31,670 nucleotides of DNA from a virus (IMGVR_UViG_3300011337_000591:1-31670), one strand, 5' to 3'; counted from the stretch's first letter, positions 7,434 through 17,879 are shown. Translations and numbers: made by a program. The notes: generated by a model not told the origin, from the sequence alone.

Positions 7434-7797
7434 AGAAACAAAATCCAACACTATAAAAAAAGAGCAGAGCAGAACAGCTGTGCAGAAAGCTTCTATGATT
7501 GAAGCGTTGGAAAAATCTTTGGGCGTAGTTACAATGGCATGCAGATTAGTCGGCATAGACAGAAGCACGCATTACCAATGGATGAAAGAAGATAGAGATT
7601 ACAAACAAAAGTGCGATGACTTAAAAAACGTAGCGCTTGACTTTGCTGAAAGCCAGCTTCACAACAGAATAAAAAGTAACGACACAGGCGCAATCATCTT
7701 TTTCTTAAAGACACAGGGCAAAGCCAGAGGGTATATTGAAAAGAGTGAGTTTGAAGTTAAAGACCCAATCACAATCCAGATAAGCTCTAAGATATGA
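7417..7797 (+). CDS. Putative terminase small subunit (HTH)
   Basis: MIEALEKSLGVVTMAC..VGIDRSTHYQW HTH, LDFAESQL, AIIFFLKTQGKARGY; pattern typical of TerS-like proteins. Confidence 0.72.
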   Translation: MAKRSEETKSNTIKKEQSRTAVQKASMIEALEKSLGVVTMACRLVGIDRSTHYQWMKEDRDYKQKCDDLKNVALDFAESQLHNRIKSNDTGAIIFFLKTQGKARGYIEKSEFEVKDPITIQISSKI

Positions 7798-8018
7798 ACG
7801 ATGAAGCGAAAGTGCTGGCACACAAACTACATGCGGATGCCTTAGCTAAATTTAAGATATACATGGGTAGTAATAAACCAGCATTGGAAAAATACTATGC
7901 GAATTGTGTTCGCGAGCAAGTGGTTTCTGTGCTTGAAAACATTGCACACGTTTACCCAGCCAACTCAAAGAGCGCAGAGTTTATGCGACTAACAAAATTA
8001 CACGTGAAACAATTATGA
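7794..8018 (+). CDS. Hypothetical protein (74 aa)
   Basis: ATGA overlaps with both neighbours. Confidence 0.65.
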   Translation: MNDEAKVLAHKLHADALAKFKIYMGSNKPALEKYYANCVREQVVSVLENIAHVYPANSKSAEFMRLTKLHVKQL

Positions 8019-8617
8019 GTAAGGAAATTAAAGTTAAGCTACAAGGCGATTACACAGCTTATAGAGTAGGCCAATACATAGATTACATGGCCAACAGCGG
8101 AAACGACTTGAACAGAGTTATGGCCTTAACAGGTTTAGAGCGTGAGCACGCTTGCAAGCTTTCTATTACGCAGATGCAAGATGTAATTGATTTCTTTGAA
8201 GCTGTGATAAACAACCCAGTCGGCGCATTCCAACCAAAGTGGAAGCACAAAGGTGCTACGTATGGCTTTGTTCCACACATAGATTCTATTTCCTTTCGTG
8301 AATGGTTAGACCTTAATTCATGCATGAAAGATTTTCCCAATAGCTTGGCGCATGTGCTATCTATATTGTACAGGCCTGTGGTTGCAGAGTTGATGGATAG
8401 ATACGAAATAGAAGAATACGACCCGAAGAAAACAGAAGCACGAGCAAAGGTGTTTCGTGAGTTTCCCTTGCACTACGCGAATGGTTGCATGCTTTTTTTT
8501 TCGATTATCAAAAAAAGATTGCTGATAGTTTTCCAAGAGCATTTGGAAGCACAAACAATAGAGCAGATGGAAACAGCGATGCAGATAATGAAACAGGACT
8601 TGGAACAGATGAACTGA
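8015..8617 (+). CDS. Putative tail assembly chaperone (G-like, unshifted product)
   Basis: 200-aa ORF containing slippery T TTT TTT at 8494-8500 with an open -1 frame to 8784. Confidence 0.55.
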   Translation: MSKEIKVKLQGDYTAYRVGQYIDYMANSGNDLNRVMALTGLEREHACKLSITQMQDVIDFFEAVINNPVGAFQPKWKHKGATYGFVPHIDSISFREWLDLNSCMKDFPNSLAHVLSILYRPVVAELMDRYEIEEYDPKKTEARAKVFREFPLHYANGCMLFFSIIKKRLLIVFQEHLEAQTIEQMETAMQIMKQDLEQMN

Positions 8618-8784
8618 ATTCCAACTATGGCTGGTTTCACACCATAGAAGAACTCGCAGAACGCGATATCACAAAATTCAAATCCATATTAGATACACCA
8701 GCTTCAACAATCTTTGCGCACATTTCATATCGCAAGGACTACAAATCTGTGCTTGAACAAGAAAGCAAATTGAATCAGCTCTAA
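8500..8784 (+). CDS. -1 frameshift extension (T-like part) of 8015-8617; fusion about 256 aa
   Basis: -1 frame has no ATG; it opens at the T9 run (FDYQKKIADSFPRAF...NYGWFHTIEELAERDITKF) and fills the gap to the next gene. Confidence 0.6.
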   Translation, partial: FDYQKKIADSFPRAFGSTNNRADGNSDADNETGLGTDELNSNYGWFHTIEELAERDITKFKSILDTPASTIFAHISYRKDYKSVLEQESKLNQL

Positions 8785-8802
8785 TAAATTCTACATACAA
8801 GT

Positions 8803-9567
8803 ATGCCAACACTTAACCATACGTACAACGTAATTATCGCACAGCTTGAAAGCTTTGCCACACAGCACCAACAGATAAAGGGATTTTCGCATGGTGACTT
8901 GCCATCTTTTGATAGGCTTAAAGAAATGCAATTCATAGCAATGCACGTAACACCAAGAACATTCCAAGTAGACAAAGGTGCAATCACTTACAACTTGGAT
9001 ATTTTCTTTTACGACTTGCCATTAGAAAAACAATTATCACAGGACTACATTAAAGAGGTAATAAGCGACACAACGCAAGTAGCTGTTGACTTGGTTAGCA
9101 CAATCGCTAACGATGATTTTTTTGGTGATGATGTGCTGGTTGGCTTGCCTGTTACCATAGAACCAATGATGTCGGAATTTCCAGATGTGTTAAGTGGTGT
9201 TATGATAGGCCTTGCCATAACAACAGATTTACAGCTTGACTTTTGTTTGGTTCCTTTGCAAGCGCAATCTGTTCCCACGATAAGTGTTTATTCTCAAGTC
9301 TTAGATTGGGAATCTTCAAATTATGATAGCTTAGAATTTCTTATTGATGGTAATGGTATTGGTGCTTGTTATGGCTCTGTTCAATATACCATGGAAGATT
9401 TTATTCTTATGCTGAATGCCAATCCGCCTGTTACGGAAAACGCATGTTTCTTAGAGTATGGAAATTATTTTGACAATGGCGATGGAAGAGTTAGGTGTGA
9501 AATGCCTGTTTCACTTGCAAGCACATTCTGTGGAACAGAAATAACCATGCAAGCATTTCGTGATTGA
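8803..9567 (+). CDS. Virion structural protein, probable tail terminator/completion protein with acidic C-terminal extension
   Basis: Acidic alpha/beta protein in the morphogenesis module; function inferred from size and context. Confidence 0.45.
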   Translation: MPTLNHTYNVIIAQLESFATQHQQIKGFSHGDLPSFDRLKEMQFIAMHVTPRTFQVDKGAITYNLDIFFYDLPLEKQLSQDYIKEVISDTTQVAVDLVSTIANDDFFGDDVLVGLPVTIEPMMSEFPDVLSGVMIGLAITTDLQLDFCLVPLQAQSVPTISVYSQVLDWESSNYDSLEFLIDGNGIGACYGSVQYTMEDFILMLNANPPVTENACFLEYGNYFDNGDGRVRCEMPVSLASTFCGTEITMQAFRD

Positions 9568-10154
9568 TGGCACAGGAAAGCAAGTATAAAGAATTCCACG
9601 CTCTTATAGAAGAGTTTGGGCAAGAAGTTGTAGACAATGCCATGCGCAATCTTGGTGCTTACAGAACAATCAATGGTAAGCGTAGGCGTGCTGTTGCAAG
9701 TGGAACGTTGAAAAACTCTTTGGCCTATGCGTATAGCAAAAGAACCAACAAACTTGAATTCTATGCGAAGGGTGAAGCTGGCAACTACGCAGATTTTGTA
9801 GAGCAAGGTGTGAACGGCAGAAACCAAAGCCAAGGTTCACCATACACTTTTACGAAACCAGCAATTCCAATTCAAGTAGTTTTAGATTGGATGAAAGTTA
9901 AGCGCATCCCGATTAGAGATGTGAATGGAAAAATAATTAAAGCGACAGAAGAAGAAAGGTTGCACGTAGCAAGATTGATAGCGAGGTCTATTGCGAGCAG
10001 AGGTTTAACACCTTTGTTCTATTGGCGTGATGCATACAACGACCAAGTTGATATTTTCCAACCGAAGTTTGTAGAAGCTGTGCGCAAGGATATAGAAGTT
10101 TACCTTAACGATGTAGTAAAAAAGAATTTAGAAAATACAAATCAACAGCAATGA
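9564..10154 (+). CDS. Virion morphogenesis / neck (tail completion-like) protein
   Basis: ASGTLKNSL and YADFVEQG motifs typical of neck/HK97 gp10-like proteins; basic composition. Confidence 0.6.
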   Translation: MMAQESKYKEFHALIEEFGQEVVDNAMRNLGAYRTINGKRRRAVASGTLKNSLAYAYSKRTNKLEFYAKGEAGNYADFVEQGVNGRNQSQGSPYTFTKPAIPIQVVLDWMKVKRIPIRDVNGKIIKATEEERLHVARLIARSIASRGLTPLFYWRDAYNDQVDIFQPKFVEAVRKDIEVYLNDVVKKNLENTNQQQ

Positions 10155-12070
10155 TAACAACAACGATATACGGATTGACAGCTGTGGGCAATACAGAATA
10201 CACAGGCCTTGTCATGTCACGCAATGATGTAGTGATAACAGCAAGTTCAAGCAATTACGCAGAGCCAAACTTCAAATATATTTTTCAAGTAGAGAATATG
10301 GCAACAGGCCAAGTATTGAAATTCTACCAAGAGCAGAATCTAAATAATTGTGCTTCGTTTAACTTGAAAGGCATTATGATGAATTGTATACAGGAAACAA
10401 TAAACCTATCACCAACCAACGATGTGATTACAACGCCTGTAGAATTACTTACTGATTCAGTATTTACTAATCGTTTGCAAATTCGTGTATTTTCTGGATG
10501 GGATATTTCTGGTGTTTTCACAGAAGATAGTGTGTACAAGCGATACGACTTGATGGTGCTTGATGGCGAAGGTGATGATTGCTATATTCCTTTTGGATAT
10601 GGCGCAAACCAGACAGCTGGTGCGCTTGTTGAAAAGAATGAAAACAGAATGGGATGGAATGCTGGTGGAACTTACAACGTAGATTTGAAAGATGTGCGTT
10701 TGACTTTTAGAGATGATGCGAATTGCACTTGGTTCATGGTTCCAAGACGTAGAAGATGGATTGGTGCGCCAACTTACAATGATTGGGAATTGCATTATTC
10801 AAGCCATTACAGAAGCTTGGTGTTTGTTGCAGACAATGGAACTTACGTAAGTGATTTTTACCCATACAGAAACATTGGTTATTTTAGAATAAAGTTTTAT
10901 GATTATGATGGCACACCTATTGGAACAGACTTGGATATTCCATTTATGGTAAACGCTGGTTCGTTGTTCGTTTTGCCAACAGGCTTACAGAATTTAGAAG
11001 AGAGTGGATATCTTGCACTTGCTGGAATAACAGATACAACGCTTGTTAAGTTTTGGATAGTAAGTTTTCTTGATGAAGCTGGAACGGCTTCTATATTTGG
11101 AACGTATGGTTACTACATTGAAGATGAATGCAAGCACAATGAAATCAGCTTAACATGGTTGAATCGTTTTGGTGGCTTTGAATCTATGGGATTTGTTAAG
11201 CGTAACGAACGTAGCATGCAAGCAGACAAGAAACGTGTTATGATGATAGAGGGTAACTATGCCACAGCTACGCCAGAAGATTTCAATATCCCATACACAA
11301 GCCGAACAATAAAGGAGAAGGAACCAATAAAGACACAATCCATAACACTTAACACAGGCTGGATAAACGAAGAGGAATTTAGGCGCTTAAAATATCTTAT
11401 TACCTCACGTTCTGTGTGGATGGAAGATTCTAATTTTGATGGTGGAAAGATTTTGCCTGTCGTTGTTGAAACGAACAACTTCACTTCACGAAGAGAAAGA
11501 AACAGCAAGAAGTATAATGTGACTATTGAAGTAAAGCCAGCGTATAGTAAGCGTAGCTTGAATTTGTTTAACACACACAGCGAAGGTAGGTTAGAGCCTT
11601 TGGAGTTTGTGCCACCTACACCAGATTGCTATTGGGCGTATGCCACAGGCCACTCTGGTAATTCTGGCCTTGTCCCAACATACAGCGTAATTCCAATTCC
11701 AATAACATGCACAGAGGTTGGAAGTCACCATCATATTAATCTTGCTGTGCTATTTGAAGATGATACTCAGTTTGTAAATGGAGAATACTATTGTATAAAA
11801 TTAGATTGGGATTCAGAGATGCCAACAGAAATCATGAGTAATTTAGATTTGGGAACGATAGAAATAAACGGACCGAACAGCAACGATATCTATTGGACAG
11901 GGCAATCATATCCACTAACAACAGGCTGGAATTCTGTGTACATGTCTGGAACAACAACACCATACATAGACGTAAGGCTTCCACATTTTCCAAGTAAAGC
12001 AAGGTGGACAGGCGTGCTTACTCTACATATTAAAAGAATTTCCGAGACTTGTCCTTGTGGTGGCTACTAA
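10151..12070 (+). CDS. Tail/baseplate structural protein (639 aa)
   Basis: Beta-rich; WLNRFGGFES and TLNTGWI motifs; directly precedes the large tail protein. Confidence 0.6.
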   Translation: MITTTIYGLTAVGNTEYTGLVMSRNDVVITASSSNYAEPNFKYIFQVENMATGQVLKFYQEQNLNNCASFNLKGIMMNCIQETINLSPTNDVITTPVELLTDSVFTNRLQIRVFSGWDISGVFTEDSVYKRYDLMVLDGEGDDCYIPFGYGANQTAGALVEKNENRMGWNAGGTYNVDLKDVRLTFRDDANCTWFMVPRRRRWIGAPTYNDWELHYSSHYRSLVFVADNGTYVSDFYPYRNIGYFRIKFYDYDGTPIGTDLDIPFMVNAGSLFVLPTGLQNLEESGYLALAGITDTTLVKFWIVSFLDEAGTASIFGTYGYYIEDECKHNEISLTWLNRFGGFESMGFVKRNERSMQADKKRVMMIEGNYATATPEDFNIPYTSRTIKEKEPIKTQSITLNTGWINEEEFRRLKYLITSRSVWMEDSNFDGGKILPVVVETNNFTSRRERNSKKYNVTIEVKPAYSKRSLNLFNTHSEGRLEPLEFVPPTPDCYWAYATGHSGNSGLVPTYSVIPIPITCTEVGSHHHINLAVLFEDDTQFVNGEYYCIKLDWDSEMPTEIMSNLDLGTIEINGPNSNDIYWTGQSYPLTTGWNSVYMSGTTTPYIDVRLPHFPSKARWTGVLTLHIKRISETCPCGGY

Positions 12071-12080
12071 AAAATAAGAC

Positions 12081-15000
12081 ATGAATTACAATACGCAGAT
12101 TAGAGTCTGGTCGCAAGATGAAAGCCAGCAATACATTTTGAATCTTAAAGATGCAGAGCCTATATCGTTAAACTTTTCTTTCACAGATATAAAGGACTTT
12201 GCAACTAAGACGGCATGGTCAAGGCAATTTAGAATACCACTTACAGAAACGAATGCAGAGGTCTTCGGTCACATACATGAAGTAAATGTGGTGCAGTCTA
12301 ATTTCAACCCAAAGAAAAAACTGCGAGCGCAGATTTTAGTTGAAAGCATTCCAATCATGTCTGGCCACATTCAATTCAAAGGTAGCTACAAGCAACAAGG
12401 CCAAGATGTTGAGTATGATATTATTTTCTTTGGTAACGTTCTTGATTTCATGAAGAAGATAGGCGACAAAGAATTCAAAGACACCATTGCACCAGCGCTA
12501 CAAACAGAATACCCTCTTATTATGAGCGTGGGACAGCTTGGTGCATGGCAAACAGATACAATACAGATTGGTTTAACAGACAGGGGAAACAGATGGGTAG
12601 GAATGGTAGACGACAGCACGACAAGAAGTATTTATTCTTGGGACATGCAAGACGTCATAAAGTTTAACGACTTAACACCTTACGTTTCTGCACGCTATAT
12701 TTTCAACAAGGCGATGGAACTTGCTGGGTGTAAAGTAAACGAAACTGATTCAGTTACAATGCTTACCATGTTGAATAGAATGTTTATTCCATGGACAAGC
12801 AAGGCCAACACAATTCAATCTATTGGGAATCCAGAAACAGCAAAATTCAAATTGATTGCTGGTACAATAGGTGCAACGCTTACGAATGCAACTTTCGTTC
12901 CTATTACAACGAATGGTGGTGCTATTGTTTATTACTCTTCGTTACCGCCGATAGCCGAAGAATACGATTATGGTAATAACGTGCTTGGCAACGTGTATAC
13001 AATTCCTTTCAATGGTAGTTACAACATTAAAGCACGCATTACAAGTGAAGTTGATATGGTTGCACCATTGCATGTAGGTTGGACATTGTGTTTCAAAAGA
13101 TACAATGCCATAACAGGCCAAACAGAATTACTTACACCGAATGGTAGTGGTGCGCAAATGACGTATTTCAATAATGCGTCTGGTAGCATGTTGTTAAATA
13201 CACCAATTACAGCAGAATCATCTGCGCCTATAGATAGCTGGGATGGGTTGATATTGCTGAACGCTGGCGACACGATAGAGCCTGTTGCATTATACAACTA
13301 TTTTTGGACACCCGCTTCTGCGCCAACGCTAATACCATGGGGAGGAACGCTTACATTTACTAATGATTGTTATTTCAAATGCGAATATGTTGAAAAACCA
13401 GCCTATGGACCAGACACGATAATAGATTGGGTTGCGAATGCGCCAGATAAATTTAAGCTCATTGATTTCATGAAATCTTTGCTCGCTATGTTTAACTTGG
13501 TTGTCGTGCCAGATAAGTACAATCCTTCTTTAATTTCATTTATACCAATGATGGAATACCTTGGTGCTGGTACGTATAAGGATTGGACACAGAAAATGAA
13601 CTTGCTTAAAGACGTTGTGGTTAAGACCATTGCAGATTACCAAGCACTTACAAACACTTGGACATACAAAGAGAGCAACGACTACCTAAACAACTTGTAT
13701 AAGGTGCAAGGCCAAAGAGTGTATGGTAGATTAGAGTTGATAGACCCAGAAAATGATTTTGCAACAGACGAGAAAAAAACAGAATTACAATTTGCGCCGA
13801 CTCCTGTTGCGTTGATAGATGGCACAGAGCACCCAATACCAAAGTTCTGGAACGACAAGGGTGAATACGTTGTTCCAATTCCGCGCATTCTATTTCTAAC
13901 AGAAAACCAAATGAGCGTTCACATGTTAGATGATACGACCAACTTGGTTTACAACGGAATCATGTTACCAATGTTCAGTCACTATTCTGATATTGTGCCA
14001 ACACTAAATTCTTTTGACTTGAATTTTGGCCAAGAAGTTCCTTTGCACAGCATAACAGCAACACCATTTCAAACGCTGTACAATCTTTATTGGAATGATT
14101 ATGTGGTGCAACTCTATTCCGCTGAATCAAGAATATTAGAAGCGTTTTTTGATTTGGATTTTTCCGATGTTTTCGATTTCAAGTATAGCGATATTATTTT
14201 CATACAAGATTCTTATTGGCGAATTTTGGAAATAAGCGATTACCAGATTGGTGCAACAGAAAGCACAAAGGTTGTATTGATGAAAATTGTAAACGTGAAA
14301 CCATTGTGCGTAAATAAACCAGATGCGTATATCAACGTAGATGGTAGCGTTCCTTTCTTAGACCCAGATGGTAACCCAACTCTACCGACAGAAGTTTGTT
14401 GTGGTGCGTATGGTTACACTTGGTTAGATGGGAAATGCTATGCTGTGATTCGTGATGGTGGTGGTGGCAAGCCAAAGACAGCCAGCACAGATGTGAAGAT
14501 TGTGCAAACAATAAGCACAGGCGAAAGCAAATCGCAAGTAGGAGTTGTTTCTACGACCACCGAAGTAAAAGCTTTCAACAATAACATGTTTGTAAATGCA
14601 ACCAACAGCACAATCAATGAGAACAATAGTGGTTCACTTGTGATGGGTGATAACCATAACATAGACCCGAATCTTGGCGCTGTTGTAGTTGCTGGTAGTA
14701 ATGCTGATGTAAAGAACGTTGGTAGCACCACAGGGGTAGGCGGAGATTATAGAGGTGAATTTCAGTATGGCAAGCTTGGTCTTATAGCAAAGGGAACGCT
14801 GAACACAGCACTTTCAACCACAGCTTTACTCGTAGATGGTGTGGATGGTGTTAAGATGCCAGACGATTCTGTTTGGTCTGTTCGCGTTCAACTTACTTTG
14901 GCTGTGATTAGTGGTGGCATAACAGAAAAGTTGAGTGGTGAATATGCTTTCAGTTGGGAAAGTGTTGCTGGTTCATGTGCAGAAGTTGGTATGCAAATGA

Positions 15001-15161
15001 TAAGTGAAATATCTGGCACAGGCTTATTCATTACATTCGCAAACTCTTCACCATCAGCTGGTACAATGGCATTGCGATTCTCTGTTGGTGGCGCAAGCGC
15101 ATACCCTATTGATGTTGCTATTGTTGGCACGTTTAACTATACACAATATTCCTATGTATAA
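12081..15161 (+). CDS. Large tail tip / baseplate hub protein (1026 aa)
   Basis: N-terminal ISLNFSFTDIKD..WSRQFRIP.T.TN hub-like motif, DFMKSLLAMFNL, beta-rich Gly/Asn C-terminus. Confidence 0.68.
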   Translation: MNYNTQIRVWSQDESQQYILNLKDAEPISLNFSFTDIKDFATKTAWSRQFRIPLTETNAEVFGHIHEVNVVQSNFNPKKKLRAQILVESIPIMSGHIQFKGSYKQQGQDVEYDIIFFGNVLDFMKKIGDKEFKDTIAPALQTEYPLIMSVGQLGAWQTDTIQIGLTDRGNRWVGMVDDSTTRSIYSWDMQDVIKFNDLTPYVSARYIFNKAMELAGCKVNETDSVTMLTMLNRMFIPWTSKANTIQSIGNPETAKFKLIAGTIGATLTNATFVPITTNGGAIVYYSSLPPIAEEYDYGNNVLGNVYTIPFNGSYNIKARITSEVDMVAPLHVGWTLCFKRYNAITGQTELLTPNGSGAQMTYFNNASGSMLLNTPITAESSAPIDSWDGLILLNAGDTIEPVALYNYFWTPASAPTLIPWGGTLTFTNDCYFKCEYVEKPAYGPDTIIDWVANAPDKFKLIDFMKSLLAMFNLVVVPDKYNPSLISFIPMMEYLGAGTYKDWTQKMNLLKDVVVKTIADYQALTNTWTYKESNDYLNNLYKVQGQRVYGRLELIDPENDFATDEKKTELQFAPTPVALIDGTEHPIPKFWNDKGEYVVPIPRILFLTENQMSVHMLDDTTNLVYNGIMLPMFSHYSDIVPTLNSFDLNFGQEVPLHSITATPFQTLYNLYWNDYVVQLYSAESRILEAFFDLDFSDVFDFKYSDIIFIQDSYWRILEISDYQIGATESTKVVLMKIVNVKPLCVNKPDAYINVDGSVPFLDPDGNPTLPTEVCCGAYGYTWLDGKCYAVIRDGGGGKPKTASTDVKIVQTISTGESKSQVGVVSTTTEVKAFNNNMFVNATNSTINENNSGSLVMGDNHNIDPNLGAVVVAGSNADVKNVGSTTGVGGDYRGEFQYGKLGLIAKGTLNTALSTTALLVDGVDGVKMPDDSVWSVRVQLTLAVISGGITEKLSGEYAFSWESVAGSCAEVGMQMISEISGTGLFITFANSSPSAGTMALRFSVGGASAYPIDVAIVGTFNYTQYSYV

Positions 15162-15321
15162 CCCGAAGCAAGACATAAAAGAAATTCAAGAAATGCTACG
15201 TGCTGGCATAAACAAAGGTTTACCAGATTACAGATTGAGCGTAAACGTGTTTCTTGTTAGAATTATCAATGCGCTGTTGATTTCTACATTACTTTGTACA
15301 ATCTATTTCCTATTCAAATAA
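15154..15321 (+). CDS. Small protein with C-terminal TM helix (55 aa, MYNPKQDIKE...)
   Basis: ATG at 15154 fills the gap between the tail tip and tape measure genes. Confidence 0.55.
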   Translation: MYNPKQDIKEIQEMLRAGINKGLPDYRLSVNVFLVRIINALLISTLLCTIYFLFK

Positions 15322-15322
15322 C

Positions 15323-17290
15323 ATGGGCATACAAGCAAACATAACGGTAAAGGCAGACACAGGCGAAGCGGAAGTTGCGATTGAAAAACTTGGTGAAGCT
15401 TCTGTTGAAACAGCTACTAAGGTTGTTTCATTGAAAGCAGAAATGCGCAAGTTGAAAGAAGAGTTGCAGAAAGTTCCAGAGGGAACAAAGGAATATGAAA
15501 TCTTATCACAGAAGATTGCAAAGATTAAAGATAAGATAGACGATGCGAACGAAAGCGTGAAACAATTTACAGGCGAACCATTGGAACGCTTGAATTCAAG
15601 TTTGAGTTTTACAGCTGGTAAGCTTATGGATTTGGACTTTGGTGGTGCTGTTACAGGCATCAAGGGTATGGCTGGTGCTGTGAAAGATGTTAAGCTTAAA
15701 GACATGGCAGAAGGGGTTAAGAATGTGGGTGGTGCTTTCTTGCAACTTGGCAAAGCGCTACTTACAAATCCTCTTTTTCTTATTGCTGGTACGCTTGCTT
15801 TAATCGCAATGAACTTTGAAAAAATAATAAAGTTCTTCCCATCGTTAGACAAAGGTTTAACAGGCTTGACAGAAGCAGAAAGAGAGATGGCCAAAGCTTC
15901 TAAGGATAGGGCAGATGCCAGCGAGAAGGCTTACCAGAACATAGATAAGCAAAGCAACATTCTAAAAATGCAAGGCAAGAGCGAGCGCGATATTCTTGAA
16001 ATGAAAATCAAGGCGCTGGGTGTTGCAATACAGGATAGGAAAGCACAGCTTACAATTCAACAAGAGCAAGCAAAGATTCAAGTTGAAACAGCAAGGCGCA
16101 ATCGTGAAATCTTAGATGGCATTATACAATTCATAACAGCACCATTACAAGTTTTACTTGGTAGTGTTGACATGCTGGGCAAAGCTATTGGAAAAGATTT
16201 TGGTTTACGAGAAGGTATGAATGATTTTCTTGGCGATTTGGTTATAGACCCAGACGAACAAGAAAAGAAACTGAATGAAGAAATAAAGAAGAGTCAAGAG
16301 GCCTTGCAAACCATGGAGAATGATTATGCTGGCTTACAACTTTCTTTACGTGACATGGATAAAAAAGCTTCTGATGATAAGAAGAAACAAGCGGAAGAGG
16401 ATGCCAAAGCGCAAAAGGAAATAGACGACAAAGCGCTTAAAGAAAAAGAGGACAAGGCCAAGAAAGAATTTGATTTGTGGAAAGCTGTAAACGATGCAAA
16501 GAAACAGAACCAAAATGAATTCTTAGATGCGCTTGAAAAAGAGAATGAAGATTATTACAGAAGCACCTTATCTAAAAAAGACCAAGAAATTCTTGATGTG
16601 CAAGATAAGTATTTTCAACTTATAGAACAGGCGAAACAATACAACTACGACACAGAAGAATTAGAAAGGCACAAAGCAGAAGCCATCGCAAAGATTGAAG
16701 CGACAGCACGTGCAGAAAAAGATGCGAAGGATAAAGAGCAAGCAGAAAAAGAATTAGCAACAGCGCAAGAGTTACAAGATGCTAAATTTAGAGTCGCACA
16801 AACAGCGACACAGGGATTGATGGACTTGGGCGAGTTGTTGGTGCAGACAGGAATAATGAGCGCTGAAAGAGGCTTCAAAGTGCAGAAAGGATTGGCTATT
16901 GCAGAAGCAACGATAAGCACCATACAAGGAGTTGTGAATGCCTTAACAGCGAAGTCAACAATACCAGAACCATTCGGCTCTATTGCCAAAGGAATAACAG
17001 CTGGTTCTGTTGCGATAGCTGGTGCATTGAATATCGCTAAAATTAAAGCTACCAAGTTCCAGAAAGAAGGTGGTGGTGGTGGTGGTGGTGGTTTGAATTC
17101 TGGTGGTGGTGGTGGTGCTGGTGGAAGTGCAAGTGCGCCACAAAGCGCAAGTTCACCAATGTTAGATTTAAGCTTCTTAAACAACGATAAGACAAAGCCA
17201 CAGCCATTACAAGCGTATGTTGTAAGTTCGCATGTGGAAAGTTCTTTGGAAGCACAAAATAAAATCAACGAACAAATTAGAATAAAGTAA
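15323..17290 (+). CDS. Tape measure protein (655 aa)
   Basis: Long helical coiled-coil, Ala/Lys/Glu-rich, hydrophobic segment LLTNPLFLIAG, Gly-rich linker and QAYVVS C-terminus. Confidence 0.8.
   Translation: MGIQANITVKADTGEAEVAIEKLGEASVETATKVVSLKAEMRKLKEELQKVPEGTKEYEILSQKIAKIKDKIDDANESVKQFTGEPLERLNSSLSFTAGKLMDLDFGGAVTGIKGMAGAVKDVKLKDMAEGVKNVGGAFLQLGKALLTNPLFLIAGTLALIAMNFEKIIKFFPSLDKGLTGLTEAEREMAKASKDRADASEKAYQNIDKQSNILKMQGKSERDILEMKIKALGVAIQDRKAQLTIQQEQAKIQVETARRNREILDGIIQFITAPLQVLLGSVDMLGKAIGKDFGLREGMNDFLGDLVIDPDEQEKKLNEEIKKSQEALQTMENDYAGLQLSLRDMDKKASDDKKKQAEEDAKAQKEIDDKALKEKEDKAKKEFDLWKAVNDAKKQNQNEFLDALEKENEDYYRSTLSKKDQEILDVQDKYFQLIEQAKQYNYDTEELERHKAEAIAKIEATARAEKDAKDKEQAEKELATAQELQDAKFRVAQTATQGLMDLGELLVQTGIMSAERGFKVQKGLAIAEATISTIQGVVNALTAKSTIPEPFGSIAKGITAGSVAIAGALNIAKIKATKFQKEGGGGGGGGLNSGGGGGAGGSASAPQSASSPMLDLSFLNNDKTKPQPLQAYVVSSHVESSLEAQNKINEQIRIK
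17069..17124 (+). repeat. (GGT)n tracts encoding a poly-Gly linker in the tape measure protein
   Basis: GGTGGTGGT... encodes GGGGGGGGLNSGGGGGAGG. Confidence 0.85.
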
Positions 17291-17291
17291 T

Positions 17292-17879
17292 ATGAGTGAA
17301 GTAAAAGTTATAGATTACACCATTGATGAAACAGGCTTGTATGGTGTTTCGGCTGTGTCTGTTGTAGACAAGCCAGCAATAGAAGTAGATTTCGTTGCAC
17401 TATCTAAACAACGTAGCAAAGTTTTCCAATCCGTTGAAGATGGAGAGAAACGCATGTTGTATGGACCAGCCTTAATACCAGAACAACTTATCTATCGTGA
17501 AGAAAAAGATGGCACGCCATTCTATATTCGCTATGGAAAACAAGTGATTGAAAAAATATCACAAGAGTTCTTGCGCCTTAACAGGCAAAACAACGCTACG
17601 TTCATGCACGAGATTTCTGTTGCTGGAGTTACCATTGTTGAAAGTTGGATTGTTGGAAATCCAGATAAGAGCCAGCAATTTGGATTCAACTTGCCAGAAG
17701 GCACATGGTTCATTGGAATGAAAATTCACAACGATGAAATCTGGCAGAAAGCAAAAGAGGGTGAAATTAAAGGATTCAGCATAGAGGGTTACTTCTTGAA
17801 TATGTCGGAATCTTTAATAGAAGAAACCAAGGCCGAGCAAGTGATAGAGGACTTCCTAAAAGAGCTACACGAAGGATAA
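17292..17879 (+). CDS. XkdF-like putative prohead serine protease
   Basis: VSVVDKPAIE, KRMLYGPALIP, ESWIV, GTWF, KGFSIEG motifs; upstream of scaffold and capsid genes. Confidence 0.75.
   Translation: MSEVKVIDYTIDETGLYGVSAVSVVDKPAIEVDFVALSKQRSKVFQSVEDGEKRMLYGPALIPEQLIYREEKDGTPFYIRYGKQVIEKISQEFLRLNRQNNATFMHEISVAGVTIVESWIVGNPDKSQQFGFNLPEGTWFIGMKIHNDEIWQKAKEGEIKGFSIEGYFLNMSESLIEETKAEQVIEDFLKELHEG

Noticed and set aside
10151-15161. Diversity-generating retroelement or invertible tail-fibre cassette
   Set aside because: No reverse transcriptase or invertase gene, and no duplicated template/variable repeat noticed
16645-17268. Minus-strand ORFs with poly-Pro, poly-His or poly-Thr
   Set aside because: Shadow frames of the (GGT)n Gly linker in the tape measure gene
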